Of a DNA stretch of 59,059 nucleotides, positions 56,126-59,059 are shown piece by piece (position 1 is the first letter of the stretch; every line of letters begins with the position of its first letter). Origin of the DNA: an uncultured Bdellovibrio sp. (GTDB taxonomy: Bacteria > Bdellovibrionota > Bdellovibrionia > Bdellovibrionales > Bdellovibrionaceae). Below the pieces are notes generated by a model that did no database searches, was not told the origin of the DNA, and saw nothing but the letters and a program-made list of their open reading frames with translations. The stretch lies in assembly GCA_964505225.1 (NCBI GenBank), contig CAZDHC010000001.1, positions 1 to 59,059 of the forward strand, read 5' to 3'. The position numbers and the translations under genes were made by a program.

Positions 56126-58626
56126 GCTACTCTCCCGAAGCCTTCATCCCAAAAAGTCTTTTTAGTGCTCTCCCAAAAGAATCTGTGATTGCACTTCTTA
56201 AGAATTCTAAGATTGATCAATACGAAGCGGACGAAGAAGTTCGAAAACCAAAGCCCGGCGAAGAACTGTTATTTGTCGCTGAAGGTGAAGTCTCTCTATG
56301 CGATATTCGAAACCCCAGAATTGATATTCAAAATTTGACCATGGGAAAAAGCATCGAGCTGAATAAGTATTTTGCTCAAGGTGAATGGCAATTTTACTGG
56401 AAAGCAAGAAATAGCGTCAAGATTTTACGATGCCCTTGGGCTGCCATTGTTGAACTATTGAAAGCGAACCAAGTTTATGGCAACTATTTGGCCCGCATCT
56501 CTGCAGCTCCGGAAATTCAAAAATTCAATCGAATCCTGCGGCAGTTTGGAATTCCAGCTGAAAGTCGAATTGCTTTCATATCCTCTTTGCAACGTGGAAA
56601 CTTTCAACAGGTCTTTGCCGACTGGAATGATCGTAAATTTGTGATTGTTTCATCAGGACGTTTACGCCTTAATTGCTATTTGAACGCGGGAAAAAACTCG
56701 ATTCTAGAGCTCCAAGGTGGCGATGACATCCTCATCGATTTGCGCTCAGAAAACGTTTCATTGGAATTAATCACCCCTGGGGACGCATGGTTTGTCCATG
56801 AAAAAAGTTGGCTGCAATTAAAAGATCATAGTTCTATGATCGACTTTCTAAGCCTTTACGAGAAAAAACACACTCGCAGGCCCATGCAAATCAAAGACAA
56901 CTTCGGACCAACCCAAAATGCCACTTCAATACCTTTGCCAAAAAAAGAGAAGCCTAAAGTCAGTTTGGACATCAATTCAGCGGTCCTCTTTGCAGGATCC
57001 ATGATTTTAATTACCAGCGCTCTGGCCATGGGCCTGTCTTTCATTTCCAGTCTTGTGAACCGAATCACTTTTGACAAGGTCTTAGTCAATAAAGACGGAC
57101 AGCTGGCATTGATCGTAGTGCTAGCCAGTGGAATTTTAAGTTTAGCCACTGAAAGTATTCAGAACAATGTAACCAAGGTGACTGAGTACTTGGCCAAATC
57201 TCATAACCTAAAAAAGGTTTCAAGTTTTCTCAACCAGCTTGTCGGAACAGCTTCTCAATACTTTGAGTACACCAAAGAATCCGAACTGATCGAGCAATAC
57301 GAGTCCTATACCGAATTTTTGCAAACACAAGTTCGAGTCAAATTTGAATTTCTAAAATGGATCTTAGGATATGCCATAGCTTCATTTTTATTCTATTTTT
57401 TAAGTCCAAAACTATCATGGGTTATCATAGTTTCCGTCTTGTGGCTGATTGCCTTTTCTTTAATTTCAGAGAAAATCCTAGAACATATCAAATGGAAGAA
57501 AGAAGAAGCAAAAAAGGATCATTACGAAAACGCCTATGATTTAACTAGTTTGATGCCTTCCTATAAAGCGCTCAACCTTTGGGCGGTGGTTCGCTCGCAT
57601 TTTAGCAAAACTCTAAGTCGACTGGATTTTTTAACTTACGTTGAGACAGTAGCTAAATCGATTGAAACTCAAGCTTTAGAATTTCTAATAGAATTTTACA
57701 AACTCGTCATTCTATTTTTTGCAGTCCTCCTTTTCACTCGAGGACAAATCACTGTTGGTTTGGTGATTTCTTTACCCGTCATTTTGGGTACTTTCTTAGG
57801 GCAACTCCGAAAGTTTCACATGGTCACACAGATGTATGCTCGCCTCATATCGTTAGGAAAAACGAGTATTAGTCCTCAGCAAATACCAAAAGGCGTGGAT
57901 CGTTTTCCAGCCCCTGCCGGACAGAAAAACTGCTTGGAAATTCAGGGCCTCAATTTTTCTTACCAAAAATCCAAAGGAATCTTTTCGCTTTCTAACATCA
58001 ATTTGAGTATTGAAGAAGGCGAAAAAGTCATTGTCCTGGGACCTAGTGGAAGTGGAAAATCAACACTCTTAGGCTTACTGGCCGGCAGCATTTCAACTTC
58101 TGTTCCAATTCGAAAAAGCGTGGAAATTGAAAATCAAATTTTAATGCCTCAGAATGGAATTTTGTTTAGCGGAACTTTACAACAAAATCTAACCGGGTTT
58201 ATAGAAAATATCGAATTTGAACAGGTTCAGAAGACTTGTGCCGAGCTCGATTTGACGACACTCATTGAGCGACTTCCGAACAACTTTCAAACTAACATTC
58301 AGGCCCAAGGCGCTCAATTTTCTGAAGGCCAAAAACAACGGATCCAATTGGCTCGTCTATTTTTCAAAAATTACAAACTATGCTTTTTAGATGAAGCCAC
58401 TTCGCTTTTGGATCCGGTTAGTGAACAGCGGATTTTGGCGCAAATTTTTCAAAGATACCAAAGCCAGACAATTCTATTTGCGACTCAAAGAAGCCACATT
58501 GTTCCCTATTTCAATAAAATTATTTTTATGGTCGACGGACAAATTGCTGAAATGGGATCTCATGCTGAACTCATTAAAGCTCGAGGACCTTATTTCGACT
58601 ATTTCTGTGCTCAAGTTAGAAATTAA
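56122..58626 (+). CDS. ABC exporter half-transporter: two cNMP-binding-like domains, TMD and NBD (no C39-like domain)
   Basis: 834 aa. TTG start overlapping the upstream TGA, preceded by AAGGGGG. CAP-like GEELLFVAEGEVSL and FVIVSSGRLRL. Walker A GPSGSGKST, signature FSEGQKQ, Walker B LCFLDEATS. The H-loop position reads ATQRSH. Confidence 0.8.
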   Translation: MSYSPEAFIPKSLFSALPKESVIALLKNSKIDQYEADEEVRKPKPGEELLFVAEGEVSLCDIRNPRIDIQNLTMGKSIELNKYFAQGEWQFYWKARNSVKILRCPWAAIVELLKANQVYGNYLARISAAPEIQKFNRILRQFGIPAESRIAFISSLQRGNFQQVFADWNDRKFVIVSSGRLRLNCYLNAGKNSILELQGGDDILIDLRSENVSLELITPGDAWFVHEKSWLQLKDHSSMIDFLSLYEKKHTRRPMQIKDNFGPTQNATSIPLPKKEKPKVSLDINSAVLFAGSMILITSALAMGLSFISSLVNRITFDKVLVNKDGQLALIVVLASGILSLATESIQNNVTKVTEYLAKSHNLKKVSSFLNQLVGTASQYFEYTKESELIEQYESYTEFLQTQVRVKFEFLKWILGYAIASFLFYFLSPKLSWVIIVSVLWLIAFSLISEKILEHIKWKKEEAKKDHYENAYDLTSLMPSYKALNLWAVVRSHFSKTLSRLDFLTYVETVAKSIETQALEFLIEFYKLVILFFAVLLFTRGQITVGLVISLPVILGTFLGQLRKFHMVTQMYARLISLGKTSISPQQIPKGVDRFPAPAGQKNCLEIQGLNFSYQKSKGIFSLSNINLSIEEGEKVIVLGPSGSGKSTLLGLLAGSISTSVPIRKSVEIENQILMPQNGILFSGTLQQNLTGFIENIEFEQVQKTCAELDLTTLIERLPNNFQTNIQAQGAQFSEGQKQRIQLARLFFKNYKLCFLDEATSLLDPVSEQRILAQIFQRYQSQTILFATQRSHIVPYFNKIIFMVDGQIAEMGSHAELIKARGPYFDYFCAQVRN

Positions 58627-58638
58627 AAAGGAAGAAAA

Positions 58639-59059
58639 ATGGAATTTAGAAAGAAAAGCTATTTCATTCACTCGCCGAAGTTCCAAATCAATTTGAATAA
58701 TTTGGCATTAGACGAGGCTCAGACGGTTTTAACTTTTCTTCCTCCACAGGCACTTCCAGAAGTCTTTATTTGCAATAGTTTAGAAAAAGTATGGCAGCCT
58801 TATCCAAATCAAACTGAACTTAAAGCGAACTTCGAGCCTGCTAAGGATTTAAAGACTCCCCCAATTCCACAGCCGGCCGCCGCTGGCCCTCAAGCTCCTG
58901 CTGGAACGCCTCCACAACAAGGTGCGCCTCCGCCACAACAACAGCACCCTCGCCCAACGCCTCCACAACAAGGTGCGCCTCCGCCACCGCACCAGCACCC
59001 GCGCCCAATGCCTCCACAACAAGGTGCGCCACCTCCACAGCAACAGCAACCTCGCCCAA
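58639..59059 (+). CDS. Pro/Gln-rich tandem-repeat protein with a GYF_2-like N-terminal domain, 3'-truncated by window edge
   Basis: Absent from the track (no stop in the window). ATG 58639 follows AAAAAGGAAG. My translation is MEFRKKSYFIHSPKFQINLNNLALDEAQTVLTFLPPQALPEVFICNSLEKVWQPYPNQTELKANFEPAKDLKTPPIPQPAAAGPQAPAG followed by (T/M)PPQQGAPPP(Q/P)(Q/H)Q(H/Q)PRP x3. The minus-strand ORFs 58841.. and 58849.. are shadows. Confidence 0.65.
   Translation, partial: MEFRKKSYFIHSPKFQINLNNLALDEAQTVLTFLPPQALPEVFICNSLEKVWQPYPNQTELKANFEPAKDLKTPPIPQPAAAGPQAPAGTPPQQGAPPPQQQHPRPTPPQQGAPPPPHQHPRPMPPQQGAPPPQQQQPRP
58906..59058 (+). repeat. 51-bp in-frame tandem repeat, three copies visible (58906, 58957, 59008), continuing off the window
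   Basis: ACGCCTCCACAACAAGGTGCGCCTCCGCCACAACAACAGCACCCTCGCCCA and two near-identical copies. Locally GC-rich relative to the window. Confidence 0.9.

Noticed and set aside
58906-59058. Could the regularly spaced repeats be a CRISPR array?
   Set aside because: The repeats are directly abutting (no spacers), in phase with an ORF and 51 bp long. This is a coding tandem repeat, not CRISPR.
58841-59059. Minus-strand ORFs of 72 and 66 aa (Ala/Val/Glu-rich, Arg/Trp/Leu-rich) at the right edge
   Set aside because: These are antisense readings of the GC-rich 51-bp tandem repeat. The + frame is preceded by a good RBS and is continuous with a non-repetitive N-terminal domain.

Overview
A 59-kb, AT-leaning, densely packed chromosomal segment from a Gram-negative bacterium. 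No rRNA, tRNA, CRISPR array, transposase or integrase was recognised. The gene content hints at a Bdellovibrio-like or deltaproteobacterial-type lineage: alternative complex III, a T2SS with a PilM-like GspL and a long GspN, and many small secreted or OM beta-barrel proteins. This lineage call is inference only.

Layout:
- (1) 1-8300, minus strand: respiratory block resB-ccsA (System II cytochrome c maturation) followed by actA-actB-actC (alternative complex III). actC runs off the window and is missing from the ORF track.
- (2) 8514-11223: GNAT N-acyltransferase, M14-like peptidase and alpha/beta hydrolase operon.
- (3) 11248-13409: a small accessory islet of secreted or lipoprotein ORFs containing a 130-200 bp direct repeat.
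- (4) 13417-17174: housekeeping genes (N-formylglutamate amidohydrolase family, dinB, PduO-type adenosyltransferase) plus an unknown 376-aa ORF.
- (5) 17279-31055: a complete T2SS operon gspCDE-(Nudix-like)-FGHIJKLMN, then ssb with a clean terminator.
- (6) 31754-47212: OM beta-barrel or lipoprotein genes mixed with core genes (rel/spoT, rpoZ, gmk, yicC, miaA, mutL, DUF1343/NamZ-like, dbpA, a GT2 polyprenol-phosphate glycosyltransferase).
- (7) 47291-59059: a 12-kb co-directional cluster, the most unusual part of the window.
  - Gene order: OM barrel, a lipase-like protein with no recognisable nucleophile motif, a sulfotransferase-like gene bracketed by a 25-bp direct repeat, a Yip1-like membrane protein, and a 75-aa GYF-like protein.
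  - These are followed by a TolC-like OMP, a HlyD-type adaptor, and two different large ABC half-transporters.
  - Each ABC protein has a long N-terminal extension with cNMP-binding-like signatures, and one also carries a C39-like domain that lacks the catalytic Cys and His.
  - The cluster ends in a Pro/Gln-rich tandem-repeat ORF that runs off the window.

All domain calls are by-eye motif recognition. None was verified by a search. In several cases the longest ORF in the track overshoots the likely start (gspC, gspH, gspJ, gspL, ssb, mutL and others), and corrected starts are given.
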